In this document: piece by piece, positions 36,661-48,880 of the stretch
Layout: each line of letters begins with the position of its first letter
Numbering within the stretch: position 1 is the first letter of the stretch
From: Octopus sinensis
Lineage: Eukaryota
DNA length: 55,917 bases
Assembly: GCF_006345805.1 (NCBI RefSeq)
Contig: NW_021834010.1
Coordinates: 1-55,917 of the forward strand
Direction: 5' to 3'
The notes under the pieces: generated by a model
Databases searched by the model: none
The model's input: only the letters and a program-made list of their open reading frames with translations
What the model was told of the DNA's origin: nothing
Position numbers and translations under genes: made by a program

Positions 36661-36963
36661 TATAATTGACTCTACTCAACAAGTCTTAAAACTTCTGGAA
36701 TGCACGTCGTTTATGGCATACCATAGCATATGTTCTTAAACTTAATGCTACGTAAATGACTCGATAACCAAAAGTTTCGTGCGTTGTACTTTATATATTT
36801 CGGATTTCTATTCAATCTCCTCTGACTGTATACCGCGCAAACGGAAATAGTCAACCCAAACCTATGGTAGAAAACACTTCCGAATTGGTGATGCGCAGTG
36901 ACATAGAAACCGGAATCACGTTATTGCGAGGCGGATAATTAAAACACACACACACATACAGTT

Positions 36964-37412
36964 CTAAGTTAAGTTAAGTTAATTTTTTGGCTAAAAAAGC
37001 AAAAAGCAAGGCCATGTAGGGGGACATGGAGTTATGTACAGGGAGGGTGTTCATGCAAACAGTTCAGGCGCCATTTCTGGTCAAGGGAAACTTTGAACCG
37101 AGCGGTCGTCGGCATCTTCACTATCTCGTCCAGTGGCTTATTCCACGGATCCGCAACCCGGACGGAGAAAGCCCCTCTCCTTCGATTGAGATGAAATCGT
37201 CGCAGATAGAGCTTTTCGGAGTGACCTTGCAGCCGACGCTCTGGAGCAGGAGTGAAGAACAGCTCTTTCGAGAGGTTACACTTTCCGCCTATGATGTTGT
37301 GAGCAAGAATGAGATCACCACGGAGTCGTCGGTTTTCTAGAGAATAAAGGTCGAGCGTCTTCAGCCTTTCTTCATAAGACAAATTTAAGAGATAAGGAAT
37401 TACGTACATCAT
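36964..37412 (-). mobile_element. CR1/L2-group LINE 3' fragment with (TTAAC)n tail
   Basis: YEERLKTLDLYSLENRRLRGDLI...GHSEKL...RR.AFSVRV...WN...FK..LD..W is the CR1-group ORF2 C-terminal pattern. Confidence 0.92.
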
Positions 37413-37469
37413 TTACATTATTTACAATTGACGGTTATTTGTCCTCATCTTGTATGTTTTCTTGGTTTT

Positions 37470-37805
37470 CGGCTGATATACCCTCCCGACATTCTAGCGT
37501 AGTTGCTCGTTGATGGCAGATCCATTTTCGAGCACCATCAGTAATCAACCATCATATGGGAATCCCTGCGTCTTTTGTACCATTCCTCTATAATGTTGAT
37601 ATCTCGGTAGAATCTCACACCTTGTTCGTCATTTACAGCACCTAAATTCCTTGGATATTGGTTATCATTGTTATTAAAAAGATGCATTTTACGCTCGTAT
37701 TGAAACCTAACTCATCGAAAGTCCCTTAAAAGGTTTTTAAATTCCCGCTTTAATTTTTTTCATAACCTGGACATTTATGTTCCCTAAACTCCACACTCAT
37801 GGGAT
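37470..37805 (-). pseudogene. Decayed DNA-transposase C-terminal fragment, Chapaev3-like
   Basis: Frameshifted LLRDFDELGFNTSVK/MHLF....YPRNLGAVNDEQGVRFYRDI.IIEEWY...HMMVDY*W matches the pattern FPENLGAVSDEQGERFHQDI..ME.RY..M.ADYCW; superfamily name from memory. Confidence 0.6.
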
Positions 37806-37816
37806 TAGTAAACCAG

Positions 37817-37947
37817 ATGTGGTAAGTAGCTTGCTTCCCAACCACATGCTTCCGGGTTCAGTCCCACTGCGTGGCACTACTATAGCCTCGAGCCGACCAA
37901 AGCCTTGTGAGTGGATTTGGTAGACAAAAACTGAAAGAAGCCCCTCT

Positions 37948-37996
<49 letters not shown>

Positions 37997-38220
37997 GTAT
38001 ATGTGTGTGTGTGTGTGTGTATATGTTTGTGTGTCTGTGTTTGACAACCGATTCTGGTGTGTTTACGTCCCTGCAACTTAGCGGTTCGGCAAAAGAGACT
38101 GATAGAATAAGTACTAGGCTTACAAAAAATAAGTCCTGGGGTCGATTTGCTCGACTAAAAGATGGTGCTCCAGCATGGCCGCAGTCAAATGACTGAAACG
38201 AGTAAAAGAGTAAAAGAGTA
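37817..38220 (+). mobile_element. SINE family A (5'-truncated, short deletion in the CORE-like part)
   Basis: Match to family A. Confidence 0.9.
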
Positions 38221-38819
38221 TCATGGAAGGCAGTTTCCCAAGACGCGACCGAACCTGAAACCATGTTGTCACGAATCGAAATTCTTCATCACCTTAGTTG
38301 ATTCCAACGCCTGTGACCCAGACCATGCTGGAGTACCGCCTCCATTGATACGTTTTGCTATTTCTGACATTCGTGAAAAATAAAAGAGTATTGACTGAAT
38401 CACTGCAGGCCGGGACGAAATTTATTTGTGACCCTTTACTCTTTGGGTTTAAAAATCGCACAGAGGTCAACCCTGCCTTTTATCGTTCATGTTACCAATA
38501 AAATTAAGTACCAGCGAAGGACTAGAGATGATTAAATCGACTGTAATAAAATAAATATACGATAAAATAAAATTAACTAAAATGAAATAAAATAAATTGG
38601 TGTCCTTGTGCCAAATTTAAGAATCAATAATATTCCTGAAATTTTCATTGCTTTTGTCCTCGTTGTGGTTGTTGTTGTTATTGTTGTTGTTGTCGTTGGT
38701 GGTGGTGGTGGTGGTGGGGTGGTGGTGGTGGTGGTGGCGATTTTTGAAAGGACACCGGCTTTGAAATGATTTCAACCTTAATTGGATAGTGACTTGCGTT
38801 GTCCGTTCTTAGCAGACGA

Positions 38820-39500
38820 CTATGCTTCAGATAGAAAAATGATGATGATGATGATGATAATAATAATGGTGAGGATAATAATGATGATAATAATGATAAT
38901 AGTATCGATAACAATAATTGTGATCATGGTATACCAATAATAATAATGTTAATAATAATAATTACTATTATTGTTGCTGCTGTTGTGGTGATGATGATGA
39001 CGATAACAATTATAGTAATGATAACAATTATAGTGAAGATGTTGATAGCAGTAATAATAATAATAATAATAATAACAATAACAATAATAATAATAATAAT
39101 AATAATAACAATAATAATAAGAATAACAATAATAATAATAATGCAATAATAAGAATAATACAATAATAATAATAATAATAACAATAATAATAACAATAAC
39201 AACAACAATAATAATAATAATAACAATAACAACAATAATAATAATAATAATAATGCAATAATAATAAGAATAATACAATAATAATAAGAATAACAATAAC
39301 AATAATAATAAAAATAACAACAACAATCATAATAATAACAATAACAACAACAATAATAATAATAATGGTAATAATAATAGCAATAATAATAATGATAAGA
39401 AAAATAATACAATAATAATAATACAATAATAATAAGAAGAACAAGAAGAAGAATAACAATAATAATAACAACAACAACAATAATAATAATAATAAGAGTA
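38820..39500. repeat. ~680-bp (AAT)n/(AAC)n/(GAT)n trinucleotide expanse
   Basis: Directly visible; other (TAA)n tracts at 39995-40050 and 46060-46190. Confidence 0.95.
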
Positions 39501-40002
39501 AATTTTTTCGTCTAGCTTATAGACCAATATCACTCCACTTGATTTCCGATCATTTCGGTTCATTTGAGTAGAACATTCTCTGGAATAAACTTCGACTTCA
39601 TTCTATATAATATCGATGTAAATTTTGTCGTAGTTGCTGCTGCTGCTGTTGTTATTGCTGTTGTTGTTGTCGTTGCAGTAGTAGGAGTAGTAGACTTGTT
39701 ATCTTGTTTTTTATATATATATATATATATATTTCGGGTTTTTTTTCTATTTTGATGTTTCATCTTTTATTCTTTTAAAGTTTTTATTTTAATTTTTTCA
39801 TCTTTTGATATTTTTATTCTTATTTTTATCTTCATCTTGTGATGTTGTTTTTTTATTTTATTTATTCTTTTTATTTTCTCTGAAGCGAATTCTTGCTAAA
39901 TGACTTGAAAAGATTCGATGGAAATTATGTGACTGTTATAATTAAACTTTTCTCTCCATACCATCAATAGATTTCATCTGTTTAATCTTTTTACCATTAT
40001 TA

Positions 40003-40053
<51 letters not shown>

Positions 40054-40781
40054 TGTTGTTGTTGTTTTTATTATATTTTATTTATATATCTATTTATTTG
40101 TTTCGTTTTTGCTTCATTTCTAATTTTTCAGGGACATTTTTCCAGGCTTCATTTTTTTTGTTTTTGTTTCTTTTAGTTGCGTATATGTGTGTGAGCGTGT
40201 GCATGTGTGTGTGTGTGTGCGTACTTATGTCTAAATATATGTGTATGGCTGTTTGTGTGTGTGTGTATGTGTGTATGTTTTGACAATTTGGTTTTTACTC
40301 CTTCTGAAGTGAAGTATGAAAAGAAAATCCAAAAATAAATAATTAAATATAAAAATAGTACACACACATACACAGAAACTTATACACACGCGTGCATATA
40401 TATATACACATATATACACACATGAATAAAAGACAAATGCGCGCGCACACACAAGGACAGACAGACAAAAGTGAATAAGAGAAAATAATAAAATCGACAA
40501 AACTTGATATCAAAATCTAATCACTACAACAACAGCAACAACAATAAGAAGAAGAAGAAGAAACGAAGGTAAGAAGGAAAGAAAGTGAGAAGGAAAAGAA
40601 GAAAGAAGAGAATAAGTTCTTTACAACATAGCATTTGTGTTTAACAGGCAGATAATTAAATTTGTTCAATATTTAATCAATTAGTAATGAGCAGAAAGCA
40701 GGAAAGTTAGAAAGAAAGGAAGGAAGGAAGGAAGGAAGGATAGGATAGGATAGGATAGGATGGAAGAAGCTGAAAAAACGT

Positions 40782-41083
40782 AGTAGTAGTAGTAGTAGTA
40801 GTGATAGTAGTAGTAAAAGAAGAAGAATGAGTTGTAGTAGTAGTAGTAGTAGAAGAATGAGTAGTAGTAGTAAGAGAATGAGTAGTAGTAGTAGTAGAGG
40901 TAGTAGTAGTAGTAGTAGTAGTAAAAGAAGAAGAATGTGTAGCAGTAGTTTTAGTAGTAAAAGAAGAATGAGTAGTAGTATAGTAGTAGTAGTAGTAGTA
41001 AAAGAAGAAGAATGTGTAGCAGTAGTAGTAGTAGTAAAAGAAGAAGAATGTGTAGCAGTAGTTTTAGTAGTAAAAGAAGAAGA

Positions 41084-41123
<40 letters not shown>

Positions 41124-41135
41124 AAAGAAGAATGT
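40782..41135. repeat. Compound (TAG)n / AAAAGAAGAAGAATG higher-order repeat
   Basis: Directly visible. Confidence 0.9.
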
Positions 41136-41528
41136 GTTGTAGTAGTAGAAGAAGAAGATCGAAAATTGACAGAAACGAAGAATGAAAGAAGAAAGCTACT
41201 GAGGTGGAGAAGATGGCGAAAAGATTTTGTAGAAAACATCAAAGAAGAAACGAAAGAAAGAGGATAAAGAGCAAGAAGAAGAAGAAGAAGAAGAAGAAAC
41301 GGGAAGGAGGGGAGAAGGAGAAGAAAAATCCGGTTGGGGATCTGCCTAATTGTACGGGTGGTGGAGAGAGAGAGAGAGTCCAGATCGGTGAGGAAGAGGA
41401 GTAATGAGAGAAAGGAAGAAGAACTGTTGCAATACAACGAAAAGGGAAAGAAAATGAATTAAGAAGGACCCAAAATTGGAAATTCCAGATGAGAATAAAG
41501 AACTACGCGATAACTGAAAGGACGACGT

Positions 41529-41910
41529 GGATGCGCAATGGCCCAGTGGTTAGGGCAGCGGACTCGCGGTCGTAGGATCGCGGTTTCGATTCCCAGACCG
41601 GGTGTTGTGAGTGTTTATTGAGCGAAAACACCTAAAGCTCCACGAGGCTCCGGCAGGGGATGGTGGTGATCCCTGCTGTACTCTTTCACCACAACTTTCT
41701 CTCACTCTTACTTCCTGTTTCTGTTGTACCTGTATTTCAAAGGGCCGGCCTTGTCACTCTCTGTGTCACGCTGAATATCCCCGAGAACTACGTTAAGGGT
41801 ACACGTGTCTGTGGAGTGCTCAGCCACTTACACGTTAATTTCACGAGCAGACTGTTCTATTGATTCGGATCAACCGGAACCCTCGTCGTCGTAACCGACG
41901 GAGTGCTTCC
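41529..41910 (+). mobile_element. SINE family C, full length
   Basis: 16-bp TSD actgaaaggacga(c/t)gt at 41513-41528 and 41911-41926. Confidence 0.95.
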
Positions 41911-42045
41911 ACTGAAAGGACGATGTTTGAGATAAAGTCTAAACTGGGTCTATGGTATGAGTGATTGTAGAATGTGGGGTGTTCATTCTGGCACTCTTGT
42001 TTATCAGAGTATCTGTGTAATAGTCTTTCGGTTTATAGTATAAGG

Positions 42046-42350
42046 TGGATGCGCAATGGCCCAGTGGTTAGGGCAGCGGACTCGCGGTCGGAGGATCGCA
42101 GTTTCGATTCCCAGACCAGTCGTTGTGTGTTTATTGAGTGAAAACACTTAAAGCTCCACGAGGCTCCGGCAGGCGGGTGTGGCAACCCCTGTTCTACTCT
42201 TTCGCCCCAACTTTCTCTCACTCTCTCTTCCTGTTTCTTGGGTAACGCTGCGATGGACTGGCGTCCCGTCCAGCTGGGGGGAACGCATACGCCACAGAAA
42301 CCTGGAAACCAGGCCCATGAGCCTGCCCTAGGCTTGAAAAGGGCGCATAA
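42046..42350 (+). mobile_element. SINE with family C head and V-like tail (variant C2)
   Basis: Family C head to ~42238, then ggtaacgctgcgatggactggcgtcccgtccag...gggcgcataaaaaa. Confidence 0.8.
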
Positions 42351-42742
42351 AAAATTTAAAAAATTGTAGTATAAGAGGTCTTGAAATATATAAACCCAGG
42401 AGAGCTCCCGTGGCTCAGAGACCGTTCAAGAGTTTGTGGGAGCAACCTGAGAAAACAGTACATCTGTGGCCCAGAGGTCGATGTTTTGGACGGAGAGAAG
42501 ATGACTATCAGTTTGGTGACTATCTTCTCTTTTTCCGTTTTTTCTGGGTTTTTTTTCTTTGTTGCCTCTATTTGTGTACGGGGGATTTGGTTCCTTCTGT
42601 TCGAATACGAGAGCGGGACCCTTACAGAATACAGGTAACGAAGAATCCGATCATTTAAGCACAAGTGCTTCAGAAAGGCTGACGCAACTGGTTCTCAGTC
42701 ATGATTTTAACTATCGATCCACTTTGATTTCACTATTTCACA

Positions 42743-43152
42743 GGCACAGGAGTGGCTGTGTGGTAAATAGCTTGCTTACCAACCACATGCTTCCGGGTTC
42801 AGTCCCACTGCGTGGCACCTTGGCCAAGTGTCTTCTGCTATAGCCTCGGGTCGACCAAAGCCTTGTGAGTGGATTTGGTAGACGGAAACTGAAAGAAGCC
42901 CGTCGTATATATGTATATATATATATATGCGTGTGTGTGTGTTTGTGTGTCAGTGTTTGTCCCCCTAGCATTGCTTGACAACCGATGCTGGTGTGTTTAC
43001 GTCCCCGTCACTTAGCGGTTCGGTAAAAAGAGACCGATAGAATAAGTACTGGGCTTACAAAGAATAAGTCCCGGGGTCGAGTTGCTCGACTAAAGGCGGT
43101 GCTCCAGCATGGCCGCACCCAAATGACTGAAACAAGTAAAAGAGTAAAGAGT
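42743..43152 (+). mobile_element. SINE family A, full length
   Basis: Closest to the family consensus in this window. Confidence 0.93.
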
Positions 43153-44131
43153 ATATATATATATATATGTGTGTGTATATATATATGTGTGTGTATATAT
43201 ATATGTGTGTGTATATATATATATAGTAGCAGGTGATACTATTGTAAATGTATTTATGCTTGGATTTATATATATATATATATGTGTGTGTGTGTATGTA
43301 TATGTGTGTGTGTGTATGTATATGTGTGTGTGTATGTGTATGTGTGTGTGTGTATGTATATGTGTGTGTGTATGTATATGTGTGTATGTATATGTGTGTG
43401 TGTGTATGTATATGTGTGTGTGTGTGTATATGTGTGTGTATGTATGTATATGTGTGTGTGTTATGTATATGTGTGTATGTATGTGTGTGTGTATGTGTGT
43501 GTGTGTATGTAATGTGTGTGTGTATGTATGTATATGTGTGTGTGTGTATGTATATGTGTGTGTGTATGTATATGTGTGTATGTATATGTGTGTATGTATA
43601 TGTGTGTGTGTGTATGTATGTGTGTGTGTGTATGTGTGTGTGTGTATGTATATGTGTGTGTGTGTATGTGTGTGTGTGTATGTATATGTGTGTGTGTGTA
43701 TGTATATGTGTGTGTGTGTATGTATATGTGTGTATGTATATGTGTGTATGTATATGTGTGTGTGTGTATGTATATGTGTGTGTGTATGTATATGTGTGTA
43801 TGTATATGTGTGTGTGTATGTATATGTGTGTGTGTATGTATATGTGTGTATGTATATGTGTGTGTGTGTATGTATATGTGTGTGTGTATGTATATGTGTG
43901 TGTGTATGTATGTATATGTGTGTGTGTGTATGTATATGTGTGTGTGTATGTATATGTGTGTGTGTGTATGTATATGTGTGTGTGTATGTATATGTGTGTA
44001 TGTATATGTGTGTGTGTATGTATATGTGTGTGTGTATGTATATGTGTGTGTGTGTGTGTGTATATATGTGTGTGTGCTTGCATTGCGTGCGCGAGTGTGT
44101 GAGTACACATATATATCTATGCACAACGCAT

Positions 44132-44163
<32 letters not shown>

Positions 44164-44165
44164 CA
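43153..44165. repeat. ~1-kb (TG)n-TATGTATA compound repeat
   Basis: Directly visible; source of the 223-368 aa ORFs in the track. Confidence 0.95.
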
Positions 44166-44758
44166 TAGCACACACACCATTACCTGAAAGATTCAAAACA
44201 ATATAAAACGCTGCTTCATTCGCTGCAAGTTATGAATTTTTTTTTCAATAATGTTCCTCCATTTTATTTTTCCTGCGTAAAAGCTTATTAGAGACTTGGC
44301 AAGGAATTAACATCTTACAAACTCGAAGTGTTTTTAACCCTCTCCAGAACATTATAAACAGTTTTATATACTTCTTCTTGGTTTTTTTGTAATGTTTTTT
44401 GTTTGATATTTTTTTTTAGTTTTCTCCCTCATTATGAGTTAAACTTGACATCAGGTCAGAGTTTGGATGATTGTAAGCGTTTTAACCCTATTGGTGTCAA
44501 TAAAATCATTTTTCTTTTCTATATATATGTGTGTGTGTATGTGGGCGGGTGGCGGTTGTAAGTGTGTATGGAAATATAGGTGTATGTATTTAAGTAAGTA
44601 TATGTGTGTGTATGTTTGTGCCTTTATATATATATATATATATATTTATATATGTATATATATATGCACGCAAGTTTATATATATACATGCAGATATATA
44701 AATACGTATATACACATATGCAAACATACATATGTATATGCATACCTATATATATATA

Positions 44759-44808
<50 letters not shown>

Positions 44809-44975
44809 CACATACACAAATTATTTATACGTTCACATAAATACTAATATATATACAGTCATATACATACGCATATATATATATATATATATACAGTATA
44901 TATATACATAAATACACGTATATGCATGTGTGTATATTCTCAAATACATACGCATATACTCATGTACATATATAT

Positions 44976-45008
<33 letters not shown>

Positions 45009-46620
45009 CTCATTTTTGCATATATATATCTGTGTGTATGTAAAATATACATATATAAATATATATACACAAGCAAACAGATATGTGTGTGTGTCTGTGT
45101 GTGTACGTATATCTCTATGTATGTATTCTCATTTCGTTTTTGTGGTTTTTGGTTTTTCTTTTATCTCATTAAGTAAGTAAATGTGACCCCTGGGTGGCTG
45201 TTTACTAAAATAATCATTGGTTATTGACCCCAATCACCCTTGTTGAACATATTGATCACATCCAAACTATTAAAAGCATTTTGTCCACAAGTTTTGATTT
45301 CCCCCACTCCCACCTCTTCTTAATTTTATATATGTGTTGTTTGTTTGTTTTTTTTCTTCTTTTTCATCACTATTATTTCTTCTTTTACACCATTAATTAT
45401 CATCGGAAACCGCTTGCTGACAGACACAAAGCAAATTACCTCCCTTCCCTTCCACTCTTCTGGCTACTACAGCAACCCGCATATTTCACCAATGAGCGAC
45501 GCTTCATGTCCACGTAAGGTCGCTTATGTCAAGAACACCGGAGAATTATGGGGTAAACCTGTCATGGGTCAAAGATTTTAAGAAGGTCCCGGGGTGGAAG
45601 GAAAGCACTTTTATATTGAATTACCTTTTCTTATAAATCTTTCTAATTCTTTTGTGGTGTTCTGTTATTGTTACTGTTTCAGTCATTATTCTACGGCCAT
45701 ACTGGGACAGCGCCTTTAAGAATTCCTTAGTCGAACGAATCGCCCCCAACAAGTTTTTTTTTAAAGCCTGGTACTTATTCAATCGGTCTTTTTTTTTTAC
45801 TGAAACGCAATGTTAAGGGGACGTAAACACACCAACACCGGTTGTCAAGATGTAACTTTGCGGTTCGGCAAAAAAAAAACAACACCGCTGAAATGACTAT
45901 CAGACTTGAAATAAAAACTTAAGTATTTGGACCCATATGTTTGAGTAAAACTCTTCCGGAGTTGCCCCAGCATGGCCGCAGGTCAAAGACTGAAAGAAAA
46001 CACAAAACACAAAACAAAAATTGCTATATTTAAAAAAACACTTTAGTGTTCTTTATCTGTTTATTATTATTATTATTATTATTATTATTCTGTTGTTGTT
46101 ATTATTGTTATTATTATTATTATTATTGTTATTGTTGTTGTTGTTATCATTATTATTATTATTATTATTATTATATTATTATTATTATTATTTTGCTTAA
46201 TTGATATTCAAATGTAAATATTCATTTTCTTATAATTTAATTTTTTTAATTTTTTTCAAAATTTGCAATGTTAAGTTTTTAATGTCCAATACCACTCTTC
46301 TGCCAAATTTTTATGATTTCGTATCTTGTGAATATTTTTTATTCTTTCTAGTTTTACATAATTAATTGTGACAGAATAAATATTTAAGTCATATATAAAA
46401 TATTATAGGAATTTGGCTTAAACGTAAATTAAAGCTGTGTGATATTCGTTTGAGATCACAGAATTTAAATTGTACTCTACTACAGTAGTCCCTCGCCACA
46501 TCGCGTTTCATCTATCACGGTTTATTATTTAAGCTTACGTCGATTCCTCTGTGGTGTTGTTTTGCATTTAAAATATAATAAATATAATAAAATATAATAA
46601 ATATAATAAAATATAAATAA

Positions 46621-47432
46621 GGCGTACGAGTGGTTGTGTGGTAAGTGGACTGGAAGCACTCCGTCGGTTACGACGATGAGGGTTCCGGTTGATACGAATC
46701 AACGGAACAGCCTGCTCGTGAAATTAACGTGTAAGTGGCTGAGCACTCCACAGACACGTGTACCCTTAACGTAGTTCTCGGGGATATTCAGCATGACACA
46801 GAGAGTGACAAGGCCGGCCCTTTGAAATACAGGTACAACAGAAACAGGAAGTAAGAGTGAGAGAAAGTTGTGGTGAAAGAGTACAGCAGGGATCACCACC
46901 ATCCCCTGCCGGAGCTTCGTGGAGCTATAGGTGTTTTCGCTCAATAAACACTCACAACGCCCGGTCTGGGAATCGAAACCGCGATCCTACGACCGCGAGT
47001 CCGCTGCCCTAACCACTGGGTAAGTAGCTTGTGTGGTAAGTAGCTTGCTTCCCAACTACATGGTTCCGGGTTCAGTCCCACTCCGTGGCACCTTGGGCAA
47101 ATGTCTTCTACTATAGCCTCAGGCTGACCAAAGCCTTGTGAGTGGATTTGGTAGACGGAAACTGAAAGAAGCCCGTCGTATATATGTATATATATATATA
47201 TATGTACGTGTGTGTATATGTTTGTGTGTCTGTGATTGTTCCCCCAACATAGTTTGACAACCGATGCTGGTGTGTTTACGTCCCCGTAACTCAGCTGTTC
47301 GGCAAAAGAAACCGATAGAATAAGTAATAGGCTTACAAAGAATAAGTCATGGGGTCGATTTGCTCGACTAGAAGGCTGTGCTCCAGCATGGCCACAGTCA
47401 AATGACTGAAACAAGTAAAAGAGTAAAAGAGA
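46621..47432 (+). mobile_element. SINE family A interrupted in its head by a family C copy
   Basis: Head 46621-46646 resumes at 47029. Confidence 0.9.
46647..47020 (-). mobile_element. SINE family C, ~10 nt 5'-truncated
   Basis: TSD ttgtgtggtaagt at 46634-46646 and 47029-47041. Confidence 0.93.
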
Positions 47433-47437
47433 CATAT

Positions 47438-47846
47438 ACTCTTTACTCTTTTACTTGTTTCAGTCATTTGACTGCGGCCATGCTGGAGCACCACCTTTAG
47501 TCGAGCAAATCGACCCCAGGACTTATTCTTTGTAAGCCCAGTACTTATTCTATCGGTCTCTTTCGCCGAACCGCTAAGTGACGGGGACGTAAACACACCA
47601 GCATCGGTTGTCAAGCAATGCTAGGGGGACAAACACAGACACACAAACACATATACACACACATATATATATATACATATATACGACGGGCTTCTTTCAG
47701 TTTCCGTCTACCAAATCCACTCACAAGGCATTGGTCGGCCTGGGGCTATAGCAGAAGACACTTGCCCAAGATGCCACGCAGTGGGACTGAACCCGGAACC
47801 ATGTGGTTGGTTAGCAAGCTACTTACCACACAGCCATTCCTGCGCC
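47438..47846 (-). mobile_element. SINE family A, full length, tail-to-tail with the preceding copy
   Basis: Reverse complement of family A. Confidence 0.93.
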
Positions 47847-47999
47847 TATACAAATCATTAAAATTTTTTTTTTAAATATGCAGTACAATACTGTTTCTTC
47901 TTCATGGGTTTTCACTTATCGCGGGGGTGGGTGTGTCTGGAACGTATCAGCCACGATAGTCGAGGGATTTCTGTAAATCGTTAACATAAATTTAAATGC

Positions 48000-48215
48000 A
48001 GAATTCACCTATTAGAACAAGACCAGCAATTTCGAGATTGGGGAGGGGTTAAATCGATTTCATCGACCCCAGTATTCAACTGGTGCTTATTTAATCATCG
48101 TCGAAAGGATGAGAGCTAATGTCGGCTTGGGTAGAATTTGATTTCAGAACGTAAAGACAAACAAAAGCATTTTGTTCGACGTGCTAACGACTCTGCCAGC
48201 TCGCCACCTTTACAA
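48000..48215 (-). mobile_element. SINE family B (B2), decayed
   Basis: Match to the family B head and body. Confidence 0.7.
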
Positions 48216-48475
48216 ATTCAAATATTGGTTTTAATTTTGGCATAAGGCCCCAGCAAGTTCGATTGGGAGGTTACAACAACCCCAGTGCTCTTTTGTGGTA
48301 CTCTGTTATTATTGCCATTGTTCTTTTATTTTTGACCTGTTTCAGTCATTATTCTACGACCATACTGGGTCAACACCTTTAAGAATTCTTGAGTCGAACG
48401 ATTCGCCCCCATCAAGGGTTTTTTTAATGCGTGGTACTTATTCAGTCGGTCGTTTTGTTTTTGTGACTGAAACGT

Positions 48476-48880
48476 ACCTATTTCTTTATTACCCACAAGG
48501 GGCTAAACATAGAGGGGACAAACAAAGACAGACATAGGTATTAAGTCGATTATATCGACCCCAGTGCGTAACTGGTACTTAATTTATCGACCCCGAAAGG
48601 ATGAAAAGTAAAGTCGACCTCGGCGGAATTTGAACTCAGAACGTAACGGCAGACGAAATACCTATTTCTTTACTACCCACAAGGGGCTAAACACAGAGAG
48701 AACAAACAAACGGATTAAGTCGATTATATCGATCCCAGTGCGTAACTAGTACTTATTTAATCGACCCCGAAAGGATGAAAGGTAAAGTCGACCTCGGCGG
48801 AATTTGAACTCAGAACGTAACGGCAGACGAAATACCGCTAAGCATTTCGCCCGGCGTGCTAACGGTTCTGCCAGCTCGTC
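48476..48880 (-). mobile_element. SINE family B (B1) dimer: one head plus two units
   Basis: Same aaataggtatttcgtc unit junction as the 19.4-kb array, at ~48655-48668. Confidence 0.92.

Larger units (their letters stand above)
35112..36711 (-). mobile_element. Decayed, internally deleted mariner transposon with nested insertions in its 5' leader
   Basis: Frameshifted remnants at 35722-35112: DKL..RYAIKFCAKLGK, EDCRVSTKTIS.QFG.GVA, RKNCEKLVARVLS (WVPHEL-equivalent), VTDYLTEMGIKPVPHSDNRPDLA (YSPDL-equivalent), LEDFHGALTK*LERYNKC.EVRGS. Candidate 5' TIR at 36681-36711; no 3' TIR found. Confidence 0.85.
46483..47973. mobile_element. Tigger/pogo-like MITE split by nested SINEs
   Basis: Left end TA|cagtagtccctcg, right end cgagggatttctg|TA; imperfect TIRs and TA TSD. 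Confidence 0.7.

Noticed and set aside
38698-38738. (GGT)n G-quadruplex-like run
   Set aside because: Ordinary trinucleotide microsatellite with mostly two-G tracts.
43055-44206. ORFs of 223-368 aa on both strands
   Set aside because: Pure translations of the (TG)n-TATGTATA repeat (HT/YI/CV runs). The same applies to the YI, CV, polyL, polyI and polyS ORFs throughout the track.
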